Assembly: GCA_964234715.1 (NCBI GenBank)
Contig: OZ174275.1
Strand: one strand, 5' to 3'
Origin: Podarcis melisellensis
Lineage: Eukaryota
DNA length: 64,000 nt
This document shows, one piece after another, positions 49,636-60,796 of the stretch. The notes beneath the pieces were generated by a model. It was given only the letters and a program-made list of their open reading frames with translations, was not told the origin of the DNA and ran no database searches. Each line of letters begins with the position of its first letter. Positions within the stretch are counted from its first letter, which is position 1. The translations under genes were made by a program, and so were the position numbers.

Positions 49636-50483
49636 ATGTGCATCAGCAAACAGTGAGGAAATTATGGAATGAAGTTAAGCAACAGAAAGCTGCAGCACAC
49701 CACACTCTGCACAAAACTGAGAGCTTTCTTTAAAAACAAAAAAACAAAAATTAGAATGGTAGATGGTGATTCCTAATGCATTAGCTCCACTTTGAAAGCA
49801 AGACCAGGTAATTTGGAATTCCAAATTCCGGGCACAATTTGGATGACATTCAGAAGTTTTCTCAATTATTATTTATTCTCTTGCTGGTACAAAACAAATG
49901 TTGGGTTCTTTTTCATTATTACTCTTCTACATATATTTATACTACTGGTGATTGTTTCTTACTTATTTGTGTAGAGGTTTGATGCCCTTGAGACCAGAGC
50001 AAGCTCGAGTCCTTGTTTTGAGGGCACTGCAGATTTCTAGGGGGTGGGGGAGAAATTGTCGTCTTGTAAGCATGAATAGCAAAGCTCTTTCTTGTCTCCC
50101 AGCATATGCTGGATGTAATTAGGCAACTGCCCAAAAAAATAGGCCTTGTAAACATCCTGAATCCATGCCACATTCTCCTAGCCTCGGATGCTGCCAAATG
50201 CCTAAATGAGTGTTCAAGCCAAAAGGCCTAAGTGTATAAAATAGATCTCTGAACAGAATGCTTTTCTGGTATAGAATATGAATAGTGGGTGGACAAGCCT
50301 GGAAAACTCAAGGCTCTATTTCAGAATGCAGTATTCAGATAGCCTGTCACCTATTCTCAATAGAGATGGGATGAGAGACCAGTCTGCATTCCCTTGCAGA
50401 AGAGCACTGTAGAAAGGTTTCTCTTTTGTTTCTCTTTGTCCTAGAAGAGGGTCTTCTGTATTGGTTTTATTTACTCGGTACAG

Positions 50484-50817
50484 TTCGTTCATTTTTTATT
50501 TATTATAATATTTATTAGCATTTTCATTTTTTAAAAAAACACCGTGTCATTATATATATATCTTTACATTACCTATATTCGGACTCTCTAGAGTCGATGA
50601 CTCCACCCCCCCATCCCTCCCAACTGACATTCTAACTCCCAATTATAATTTCATCCGCATTTTTCATTCCCCCCATCTACCTTTCCTTTTACTTTAAGAT
50701 TCCTTATCATTGTAAATAAGTTTCTGTTTTTAACTGACAAACCTTTAAGCCAGTCCTGTTAGTGTTGTTAAGTGTTTACAATATTCTTTCAAATAAATAA
50801 TAAATTTACTCCAGTCT
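50484..50817 (-). mobile_element. 5'-truncated L1 with 14-bp TSD
   Basis: TSD tttactcggtacag at 50470-50483 and 50818-50831. Minus strand DWSKFIIYLKEYCKHLTTLTGLA* (lizard L1 ORF2 end), then 3' UTR and A-rich tail. Confidence 0.85.
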
Positions 50818-51404
50818 TTTACTCGGTACAGCTTGGATCATCTTAACACAAATGCCCTAGTGTTTTCACTGCAAGTTGTGGTTCCATTTGTTCAGCTTCA
50901 TTACGTAAATGTGGCCCCCACATTTCTGATTTCATTCTAAAAGTGTTTTGTTCTTGCAGAAGATACTTAGTCACAAGCATATGGTGCAAAAATTCACAGA
51001 ACTGAGTATATGTGCATCTTGTCTTTGTAAGGATGGCATTGGCTGCAATCATAAGCAAACTCAGTGCTTCTTACTTCCAAGTAAACTGACATAGGGTAAG
51101 ATTAAATAGTTGAAAAAGGATGCAGTTACTTGTCCACTATAGTTGTATGTGTGAAAGTCTACAAAGGTACTCACATTTGGCTTGAGTTTCCCAGTGACTT
51201 GTCAGAGTTAGATTTAGGTTTATAATTCAACTAAAGCACTGAAGAGGTGCATAGTCATAGCACACTTTTCACACTTAAAGGACTGTAGCAGATTATAAAC
51301 CTCAAATATTTCCTTGTAAATTTTGAAATCAAACAATAGGCTGAAAATATTGACATTTTGGATATAATGGAATTCCCTAAACTGGCCAATTTATTTGTTT
51401 CTAG

Positions 51405-51590
51405 GTATGGCAGTGTGGTGGCAGCGTTGAAGTTCTTCCTTGCTCTAGGATTGCCCACATTGAACGAGCTCATAAGCCATATACAGAAGACCTCACTACT
51501 CATGTCCGAAGAAATGCACTCCGAGTGGCTGAAGTCTGGATGGATGAATTTAAAAGCCATGTTTATATGGCATGGAATATTCCTCAAGAG
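51405..51590 (+). CDS. GALNT18: GALNT18 internal coding exon (approx. exon 7)
   Basis: ttgtttctag|GTATGGCAG...CCTCAAGAG|gtaggt; 186 nt, phase 0-0. VWQCGGSVEVLPCSRIAHIERAHKPYTEDLTTHVRRNALRVAEVWMDEFKSHVYMAWNIPQE. The ORF track gives only other frames here. Confidence 0.96.
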
Positions 51591-51681
51591 GTAGGTTGTG
51601 AATGAACACTGATACGATCACAATACCTTAGTTCCAATTCCCCACATTTTTGTGAAAATAATGTTCAAAAATGTATTATAC

Positions 51682-51879
51682 CAGGCCTGTCCGACAAGTC
51701 AATTGTGATTTACCGGTCAATCACAGGATGCCCCTGGTTGATCCTGGTCGACTGCGGGACCCCCCCCCCCAAAAAAAAACAGCTCAACAACTCTGGTCAA
51801 TCCAATAGGTAGATCACTGCCAGTTGTTTTTTTTTATAGAGGTTGTAGATCACAGTCTCTTGGAAGTTGGACAGCCCTG
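51682..51879. mobile_element. hAT-type MITE, second family
   Basis: CAGGCCTGTCC...GGACAGCCCTG TIRs; 8-bp TSD tattatac/tattatag; repeated gtagatcac motifs. Confidence 0.8.
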
Positions 51880-51885
51880 TATTAT

Positions 51886-51999
51886 AGGTAGGTAGCCATG
51901 TTGGTCTGCCATAGTCGAAACAAAATAAAGAAATTCCTTCCAGCAGCACCTTAGAGACCAACTAAGTTTGTTATTGGTATGAGCCTTTGTGTGCATGCA
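51886..51999. mobile_element. Penelope-like terminal repeat fragment, truncated within the hammerhead
   Basis: ggtagccatgttggtctgccatagtcgaaac...gcaccttagagaccaactaagtttgtt..tggtatgagcctttgtgtgcatgca. Confidence 0.75.
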
Positions 52000-53314
52000 A
52001 AATGTACAGATGCGCGCACACACACACACATACACTTAACTCTCTGCAGCAAACAACAATGTGTTATTCAAATACAGGAGCTAGCTTAACACAACATGCC
52101 AGGCAGGCTATTGCTTCATTGTAAAACATCTTTGTCCCCAAATACTATTAATTGGGTGAGAACTGAAACGTGGATTTATTACATACGTATATCAATTCAT
52201 ATTTATACCTTATAAAATAATTATTTCTATATACCAATGTGAAATGCTTCTGTATCTCCAAATAATTTAAGGCTACATAAACCAGCCATCATGCAGACAC
52301 CCAAATTCAGTGTAGGCATAAAATTCTCGTGGTCCCTCTAGACTGTTGTTGGAGTGCAAGTATTTTCTGCAACATACTCTTGACACACTAATACTGCATT
52401 ACTGGTGGATTTATTGTTGTGCGGTGCTCCCCTAATGTCACTACATTACTGCCGTCTGGAGGAGCAAAATAAAAATGGGACAAAAAGAAGCCAGAGCATT
52501 TGTGGTGTAAAAAGTTAAAGGATTTCAAAAGGAAGTTATGGAATATGCATTGGTTGGAAATAGAATCAGTGCAACCACCACAAAACTTTAGCAGGCACAA
52601 ACAGCACTGAAGGTGGGATCACATGTGACCTCTTCAAAATCACCATGGGCACAAATAATCACGAATGCACTTGAAAAAGGACATATTGAGGGACCTTCAA
52701 TCTCTTAAGTATACTGGAGCCTGCGAGCCTGCTATAGGCTAACCCTCTTCTTCCCTAGCCCCCTTTCCCGGTTGCATGTGTGCCTGTGGTCCCATCAACA
52801 CTGAACCCATGGGGCAAGCATCCTTGTGCACTGCCAGGTCTTTTTCAAGTCACTATCAGCATGAGAAAGGTGGAGGGTGTGTGTGACAATAATCCTTTTC
52901 CCGGCAGCTTATGAGGACTGCAGATATTTATTGCCTGAACAAGGCTCATTTCCTAACATACCTGATAATAAATATTTTTATGTAAAGTTTATTTATTCTT
53001 TATTTTGTTTGAGTATTTTGAGCTGTGTGTGACGACATAATCTACAGTAAGAATGTCTCATTTTACTTCCTGTCAAAGACTGGTCCTGAATTTGCATTTA
53101 GATGCCTCTCTAGAAATCTCTACCGCATAGCTATAATGAGATAAATTATTGATCTCCACTTACAGGCTCTTTATGAAACTCGTGTATCTTGAACTCCACA
53201 AAACTGTGTTACACCAGCCAAGGCTTAGCCATAAAATGCAATGAAAAGGGGAGGGGGGAAAGGTTTTGCAAATTCCTTCAACAAAAATGGCAACTGAAAT
53301 CGTTGTTGTTGCGG

Positions 53315-53560
53315 TTAATTAAATTTCTATGCCGCCCGTCATCCGAGGACCACAGGGCAGTTCACGATATAAAAACATAAAAATATGCAAGATAGTAACC
53401 AACAAAAACAATACCCCTCACAGACACACAGTTTAAAGGGCCATAGATTGCTTAATTAGCCAAAGGGCTGGGAGAAGAGGAATGTTTTTGCCTGATGCCT
53501 AAGGCATATGTAATGCAGGCAGCAAGCGAGCCTCCCTGGGGAAAACATTCAACAAACAGA
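53315..53560 (-). mobile_element. L2 LINE 3' end
   Basis: aaatttctatgccgccc...cagggcagttcac tail; agccaaagggctgggagaagaggaatgtttttgcctg...gcctccctgggga ORF2 end. Confidence 0.75.
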
Positions 53561-54064
53561 AAAAGGTGGGCAGGATTTCTAATTGTTGCAGAGAAATACG
53601 AAAGCCAAACATCCACATTTGCCCGACAATGGAATCTTTGAAATAGACCATACCTTTGCCGGTAGAAAAGTGGTTTCCAGGACAACTTGCTTTTATATAT
53701 ACCAATTGTTTTTGAATCTTAGAATTGCTTCAGTGACATTATTACTGTGGAACTTGATTCAACATCCATTGAAGTCAGTGAGAATTAACCCACTGAATGT
53801 AAAATATTCTGGATCAGGCCCCCAAATGATGGTGTCTTTTATGTTTAAACACACTGACACAAATACCTCAGATTTTGTATGAAATACCTATTTATTTTAG
53901 GCAGCTAAAGTATGCTAATCATGCTTCAGTGCACATCCCTGTGTTTCTTTTCCCCCTTTTCACTGAACTGTACAAAAGAGCACAGAGAATTGTAACACAA
54001 ACTGCCAGAGAGCAGGAGGATGGCTTTTATATCTCTGACATGTTTTTTTGGTCAATGTGCACAG

Positions 54065-54202
54065 GATTCTGGAATTGACATTGGTGATATTTCTGAGAGG
54101 AAAGCCTTGAGGAAAAAGCTTCAGTGCAAGACCTTTAGGTGGTACCTTGTCAGCGTGTATCCAGAAATGAGAATGTACTCAGACACTGTTGCCTATGGAG
54201 TG
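54065..54202 (+). CDS. GALNT18: GALNT18 internal coding exon (approx. exon 8), end of catalytic domain and linker
   Basis: gtgcacag|GATTCTGGA...TATGGAGTG|gtaaga; 138 nt, phase 0-0. [46 protein letters not shown]. Confidence 0.96.
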
Positions 54203-54654
54203 GTAAGAGTCCTGCTTATTTACCTTGATTATTCATCGCTGTGGGAAATAATTCTCCCAGATAACAGCCACAGGACAAACTTGCAGGTCATGTATTTGGT
54301 TCATTTATTTAACTGTTTGGCTGCTTGTTGTTTGACATAGGTGTGATTGTGCTACTCTGCCTCACACATGCATGCGCTGCTGTATCATTTCTGTTTCTGA
54401 TGTGTTTTGAATCCTTTTAAAGTAGAAACCTGCTGCCCACACAGGTACCAAAGCATAGTCATCTGTAGCCTACAAGTGGAGGGGCAGAAAGGAAAGAGTT
54501 ATCTTCTTTGTTGGGTCACCTGAGGGAAGTTCTTACTCACCTTATGCAAGTGGTTATTTATAGAGCTATTTAACAATAGCCAACTGGTAAGCCAGAGCAG
54601 ATTGAACAAAGTTAGAATAAGAGGCTTGGAAAAACAAACCCTGGAAAATTGTGG

Positions 54655-54790
54655 CTTTTGCAAGAGTGTTTTCTGTACTCCTTTCAAATTCAGCCCGATG
54701 TAGAATGTATTGTAGCCATCAAATCTGGATGTGACCAAGTCATGTGTGCAATGGCCCAATCGGCTTTCTCTAGGAAAGATGGTACACCAA
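54655..54790 (-). mobile_element. L2 ORF2 C-terminal fragment
   Basis: THDLVTSRFDGYNTFYIGLNLKGVQK resembles the L2 motif HALVTSRLDYCN.LY.GLP.K..KL. Confidence 0.75.
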
Positions 54791-56189
54791 ATGAATTTGA
54801 GCAAATCCCTCATAGCTGTAATTGGCTCAAGGCAATCCCAGAAGCAATGCAGGTTCCAGAAGCACCCCAGACTGGAATGCATCTCTAGGACACCTGAAAT
54901 TGTATTTTTTTTATTAATAATATAATACTTCTTAATGCCCAGATGGCTTTTGAGCAGTTTACAAAACATAAAAACAAACTGTATAACATTGTTAAACTAA
55001 GGAATAATTAAAACTACACCATAATTAAAATATGGAATAAAACGATACCATTAAAATATAATGTTATTAAAATGATTAAAATGTGCACCAAAACAATCCC
55101 ATTAAAAGCACAGAAATTAAAACAAGAGACTTGCTAGTCCCTCAGTCTTGTAACTCCTCTGCTAGATAATGCATGATGAATTTGACATTTGTGCATTTAA
55201 ATCCCACTTAAGGTTCATTGTATTCCACGTAGTACCTTTTCTCATGAAACTCAGCATTGAAAGGATGAGAAAGATCGCAGTGTTCTAGCTGTCAGAAAGT
55301 GCCTCCAAATAAAATTAATAAAATAGATTTTTATTCTCAGGTTAACAGCCTGTTCCTAATTATGTATACATGTTAGTCCAATTGTAGTGCACTTAATGAA
55401 AGCTAAAAATAAAATAAAAACTTACAGTATGACCATAGGCAAAAATAATTCTATGTTTGACAAGATGGTTTCTTTTTTAAACACCAGAGATCTAAAGTTA
55501 ACTCAGACTCTCATAAAAACTGAGTTGGTTTCTCACTTTATAAAAAAAGTGTTTCTTATTGTTTGGGATGATGCCTAAGGCCTCTGTGATCAAGGATATA
55601 AAAACGGAGGTAAAAACAGAACAAGCCCATGGAATAACTGAGTTTTCTGTCACACACTTGTTGGATAAATCCAACATTTATTTGACAGGCATAAATTAAA
55701 AGCTCAGATCAGCCCTGCAAAGGTATCAACTGTGCCAGGCTTCTCAAAGAAGTTCTGAAAGAAATCTGAAATACTAAAGGGTACTGGTGCAAGACATGAA
55801 ATTGTCTTGACGCAGGAAAGATAAGTAGTGAATGCAGCTGTTCATCTAGTTTCCAAGTGTACTTTTGTCACACTGTGTGCATTGCTTTTCTAAAATCATT
55901 TGTCCTCTAGATTTGTCAGAAAAGCCTTTGCAAATTGACATATTTGACCAAGCCCTCATTGGTGGTCAATGCAGCTGCATTGTTTTTAGGGGATTTATTC
56001 ACAGGCTTAAAAGTTTGGGATTAATGTTGGCATTTCTGTCTGTCTACATTATTTTCATGAAACGAAGACCTTTTGGAACATGAGAATCTGCCTTTCACCT
56101 GATCAGCTCAATAGCCCATCTAGTTCAGTATTGTCTACCCAGATTCCAGGATCACTCCTGGAGTTACATTGAGGAGTCTTTCCCAGACC

Positions 56190-56410
56190 AGATTTATAGA
56201 TGTATTTAAAAGGAGATTAAACAAAGACATGAAACATTAGTTTATTGATAACTGCTAGTCATGATGGCTTATACATGCCTCTGAATATTAGTTTCTGAGC
56301 AACTACTATAGGAGAGGAGTTTACTCTCAGATCATGCATGTGGGCTTCCTATCACAATATAGATTAGACATGCCATTGGAATAATCTGACATGACTATTC
56401 TTATGTTCTC
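56190..56410 (+). mobile_element. CR1 3' end
   Basis: tagatgtatttaaaaggagattaaacaaa...ctagtcatgatggc...attcttatgttct. Confidence 0.6.
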
Positions 56411-56724
56411 TTCTTACGTATATTGATATGCCAAGAATAGAATCATACAACAAAACAACAGCACCACAAACTGGCTTATAAATATAAAACCAAATTTACT
56501 AGAATAGTAGCTAGAATAGAGATAGACTTATAACCATTAAAACAACAAACATACTAAGGTGCCATGTGCAAGACAAAGCCTGGAGATACTGTAAACATGG
56601 AGTGGATAAATGTACAACTCTATCTTAACAAGTTAAATGTACAGTAAACGTTATACAGACTGGATAAAGTTTGTGGTGGTGTTGTTTTGTTGTATTATTA
56701 TCACTGTCACCACATTTGATACTT

Positions 56725-56725
<1 letters not shown>

Positions 56726-56767
<42 letters not shown>
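56726..56767. repeat. (TG)n microsatellite
   Basis: About 21 units. Confidence 0.95.
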
Positions 56768-56770
<3 letters not shown>

Positions 56771-57479
56771 AATAGAATCATGACATGCAAGGTTGCTTGG
56801 ATCCTATGATAAATTAACTTGGAGGTAATGGAAACCACCTGTTCTCCCCACCCCCCAAAAAGAATGCCTCCCTGGTCTTGGGTCCTCCTGAACAAACCAT
56901 GATGGAATGCAGGGAGTTGCTATTGGGATGAGGGGATGAGGAACTTTACCTCCCATAAATGTTCTTTTGAGCAAATTTCCTCACTCCCTTAGCATCCCCC
57001 AGCCACAATCCACCTTGTTCAGGAGGGTCTCTGATTCCCCCCGAGAGGCTCTTTTGGTGAATTGGAGGGCATGTGTAGAGGATAGGAAATATCCTTAACT
57101 TATCCTGTCATAAGTACTAAGAGCCATGGCTTTTCCTTCTTATCATTTAGGACCTCCACTAAAGAGTAACCAAGAAAAGGCCAATGCCAGAAACAATACA
57201 ATAATAAAATAAGTAATCATAAATTCGCTTGTGGTGTTGGGATCCTAGTGTTACAAAGATTTTAGAGAATTGTAATCTTGAATGTAAATGGTGCATTATA
57301 GATGATGCTGTAGCATCACATTATTAAACATTCAAGCAATTTTGTGTTTTACAGCCTATAGGTAGTTAAAATTTTATTGCTAAGATATAACTTTGATCAA
57401 GTATAATACTTGTCCTATTTTAACAAGCATGTATTCTCTTTTTCCTCTCTCTTTTTCTTCCACTGCCTGTACTCTGTAG

Positions 57480-57575
57480 CTGCAGAATTCTCTGAAAAGT
57501 GATTTGTGCCTTGATCAAGGGCCAGACACAGAAAATATTCCGATCATGTATATCTGCCATGGAATGACGCCACAG
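57480..57575 (+). CDS. GALNT18: GALNT18 internal coding exon (approx. exon 9), start of ricin-B lectin domain
   Basis: Long pyrimidine tract then ctgtag|CTGCAGAAT...ACGCCACAG|gttagt; 96 nt, phase 0-0. LQNSLKSDLCLDQGPDTENIPIMYICHGMTPQ. Confidence 0.95.
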
Positions 57576-58179
57576 GTTAGTGAGACTAATGATCTGATAT
57601 CTTGCTGTTTCTTTTAGTAGGACGTGTGGGAGGAACCATATTGCAACTGACAGTGGGTTTTCCCCCTATTACAATACCTCCTTAGGCTGTTTATTAGCTC
57701 TTTTATAGTAATGGGAGCATTATTTGTGCTATGGTGTTGAGAATCACTGGTCTATTAATTAGTGCCCCCTTGATTCACTCTTGAACAAAAGAATGATTAT
57801 AGGGCTATGTTTATCATGAATTGTTGGCATGGACCTTTCTTATTGATCTTTTTCAGTAGAAGTCTAATGTGAATATAATAGTATGTATTCAAAGAAATTT
57901 ATTTCCTCTCTTGCCCTGCTACACTTTTTGAATTACGTGATTTCTTTTAAGCATTTGTAAAATGTTGGAGGTCATTTCTTAATATGCACAATCCTTCTTC
58001 TAAGAAACATTTTCCACTTTCTGCTAAGTAAAAGTGGCATTGTAGCTCTTTCAGCTCTTCAGCAAATACCTAGACAGAACTCAGAGGTCCCACCATTTAA
58101 TGTTACTTTCTGCTGTAGGAACATTCCATAGGATCATGTCTGCAAGTTTCAGTGGTGCTGCACCAGCCCAGTTCCAGCG

Positions 58180-58242
58180 CTATTCTAACCCTTCATGTTG
58201 GCCTTATCAGCCCCATGCTCTAACCAACTGAGCTATCCAGCC
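58180..58242 (-). mobile_element. tRNA-Ile-derived SINE head or tRNA pseudogene fragment
   Basis: Minus strand ggctggatagctcagttggttagagcatggggctgataaggccaa; B box degenerate and no acceptor stem. Confidence 0.65.
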
Positions 58243-59357
58243 AAGAACGTGTGGGATTAGGTACAACGTATGATATACTATGCTATAAATAATACATACT
58301 GTACATCATTTGTTAGCTGTTCTCAGAAGTTTTATTGAGTGGCCATAGACTGACAAATAAAATAAGTTATTTGATTTAGCAATATATTTATTAAAAAGTA
58401 GAGAGACATCTTTTTTGAGGGGGTTCTGTAATCATATGCAAGCCTTTTGTCAAAGGGTTTTATCCCTCTTTATTTCTGTAGGTTTATTTTTCCGTTGTTC
58501 TTGCTTCTGACAGTTTCATGATTTTTGAATTTACTGTGGAGACTCACAACATTCACTAAAGCATGAACAAATTTATACCAGAAGGGAAAAAACTGGCCTT
58601 CCTTGCTGGGATCCTAAGTCAATTTTGCCCAGACTTCGTGGTCTGTGGGAGGTTGTGTGTTTTACATTTTTGCTGGAATTTGACTTCTTTTCCTGACTGC
58701 TTTCCAAATTGATTACACTGGTGGGGTTGCACTTGACGAAATTATGAATGACAAAGACAAAAATATCAGACAGCTTCATCTATCTTGCTTATACGTTGCA
58801 CTGACTGAGGTTGTACATTGCACAGACTGGATGTTGAACCAGATCAAGGGTTTATTGTTCCCCTTCCAAACGCTTGTGAAATTACGCTAACCAGGGCTAC
58901 GGGTTGCCTACGAGTTCTCCAAATACCTAACTTCTCTACTTGGACTTTCACAAGTTCCTGAGAGTCAGTTTTCTTCACCTTCTGCGAATACTCTGTAACT
59001 CTTTTTTGATGTATCATTCATCTCCAGTAATGATGCTGGAAAAACACGCTGCTAATTCGAATTGGAAATTTTAAATGATATTTCAGAGGCATGCACACAA
59101 AATGCTTCCTTCACAGTTAGCATCATTTTGTGTTTTGACTAAACTGTTTTGGAACCAAGTGCAATGTGAATAAGACTGCTGTTTCATGCAACCGAATGCT
59201 ATAAAGCCTTTGCAGTGGCTGAGATTTAGCTCTGTACTCTCGCTACTCCCTGTAGCACAATATCCATTCTCCACATAATGAACAGGAAGGGAAGTCCTGC
59301 CGCAGGGAAGGATAGACTTGCTATGAAATAAGGAATAGCCATATACCAGGAAAAAAC

Positions 59358-59415
59358 CTTGGGATCCTAAAACAATGGACAGTGCTCTTGGGATCCTAAA
59401 ACAATGGACAGTGCT
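59358..59415. repeat. 29-bp perfect tandem duplication
   Basis: cttgggatcctaaaacaatggacagtgct twice. Confidence 0.95.
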
Positions 59416-59418
59416 GGC

Positions 59419-59548
59419 ACAGGGAAGGAATGGGGAACTTGTGACCCTCCAGGTGTTGCTGGACTCCATATCCCATTATCCCTGACCATTGGCCATGCTG
59501 GTTGGAGCTGATGGGAATTGGAGTTCCAACAACATCTGAAGAGCCACT
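59419..59548. mobile_element. Older relative of the palindromic hAT MITE (also about 60165-60250 and 63808-63925)
   Basis: ggggaacttgtgaccctccaggtgttgctggactcc...cctgaccattggccatgctgg...gatgggaattggagttccaacaacatctg. Confidence 0.7.
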
Positions 59549-59804
59549 GCTGCTTTAAGGTGGGTGGTATGCTCACCGATTTTCCAAGCTGATATAGAGT
59601 GAATACACATACAATATGCAATATGCAACGAGATAAGTTTTAAAATATTTTAGTTGTAAAAAAAAACTGAGTTGCTGTTGGGCTACTGACACTAGTCACC
59701 ACAGAGGTTTCATTTCTGGTAAAATGCATTTCAGATTAATTTGCATCACTTTGGTGGCCAGTTTAAACCACACCTTTCTCTTTCTAATGAGCAGGCAGAT
59801 TATA

Positions 59805-60157
59805 CAGTGGTGCCTCACAAGACGAAAAGAATCCGTTCCGCGATTCTCTTCATCTAGTGGTTTTTTCGTCTTGCGAAGCAAGCCCATTGACAGCTTAGCG
59901 GATTAGCGCTACAGCGGTCTAGCGGCTTCTAGCGATCAGCTGTTAAGCGGCTTATCAGCGGATCAGCTGATAAGCGGCTTAGCGGCTTAGGTTAAGGGGG
60001 GAGAGCGGAAAAACCCCGCGGGAACTCGCAATATTTTTTCGTCTTGCGAAGCAACCCCATAGGGAAATTCGTTTTGCGAAGCACCTCCAAAATGGAAAAC
60101 CCTTTCGTCTAGCAGGTTTTCCGTCTTGCGAAGCGTTCGTCTTGCGGGGCACCACTG
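59805..60157. mobile_element. TA-flanked MITE family D, CpG-rich with internal (t/c)agcgg repeats
   Basis: TA|CAGTGGTGCCTCACAAGACGAA...TTCGTCTTGCGGGGCACCACTG|TA. Confidence 0.92.
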
Positions 60158-60710
60158 TACTTTAGCACACGAGTGGCTGCCCTGTGGTCCTCCAGATGTT
60201 GTTGACCTCCAACGACAGCCAGCATGGCCAGTAGTCAGGGACAATGATAGGCATAACTGCTTTAGCAGATACACATTTTGGAAAAGGCAGTTATGAACAA
60301 GACTGTACACAGCTAAGCCGCATCAATTTAGGTGACTAAAACAAGTGGGGAAAGAACTATCATTAGCATGTTAAAAATGCTTGTGTTTGTGCACAACCTG
60401 GTTCATGGAGACTTTCCTCCAGGGATTATGGGCAAAACCCCTCCCCTCTTGGAGAAAAACAGTCTGACTTTTCATGTGTTCAGATATAATGGGAGTAGAA
60501 GCATTTGAGGGCACATCCTAGGACTGGTTCCTTTAGTGTGGTCTAAGGTCAAAGCTGGCTTCAATGTGCAAGAATTCTGTTCTCAGTTAATATGTATTCA
60601 TGAGATTTCTTCAGTCCCTCATTTTTGCTTTCATGCTTTTTAAAAGTAAGCTAAATAATATCAAGTTGAACATCTGGTAGTTCAGTTGTGGAGTTGACAA
60701 AAAGTACTTT

Positions 60711-60713
<3 letters not shown>

Positions 60714-60793
<80 letters not shown>
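60714..60793. repeat. (TG)n(AG)n compound microsatellite
   Basis: Read directly. Confidence 0.95.

Positions 60794-60796
<3 letters not shown>

Noticed and set aside
35649-51404. CK2-alpha retrogene, as recalled in a human GALNT18 intron (CSNK2A3)
   Set aside because: No kinase motifs seen; the coding-like sequence here is L2 and L1.
58180-58242. Functional tRNA-Ile(GAT) gene
   Set aside because: T arm/B box degenerate and no acceptor stem; consistent with a SINE head.
58690-59045. CpG-retaining, coding-looking stretch
   Set aside because: The minus-strand frames I translated contain stops and no recognisable motif; left unexplained.
59890-59990. CRISPR-like or CpG-island reading of the short agcgg repeats
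   Set aside because: They are internal repeats of a TA-flanked MITE in vertebrate DNA, with no repeat-spacer structure.
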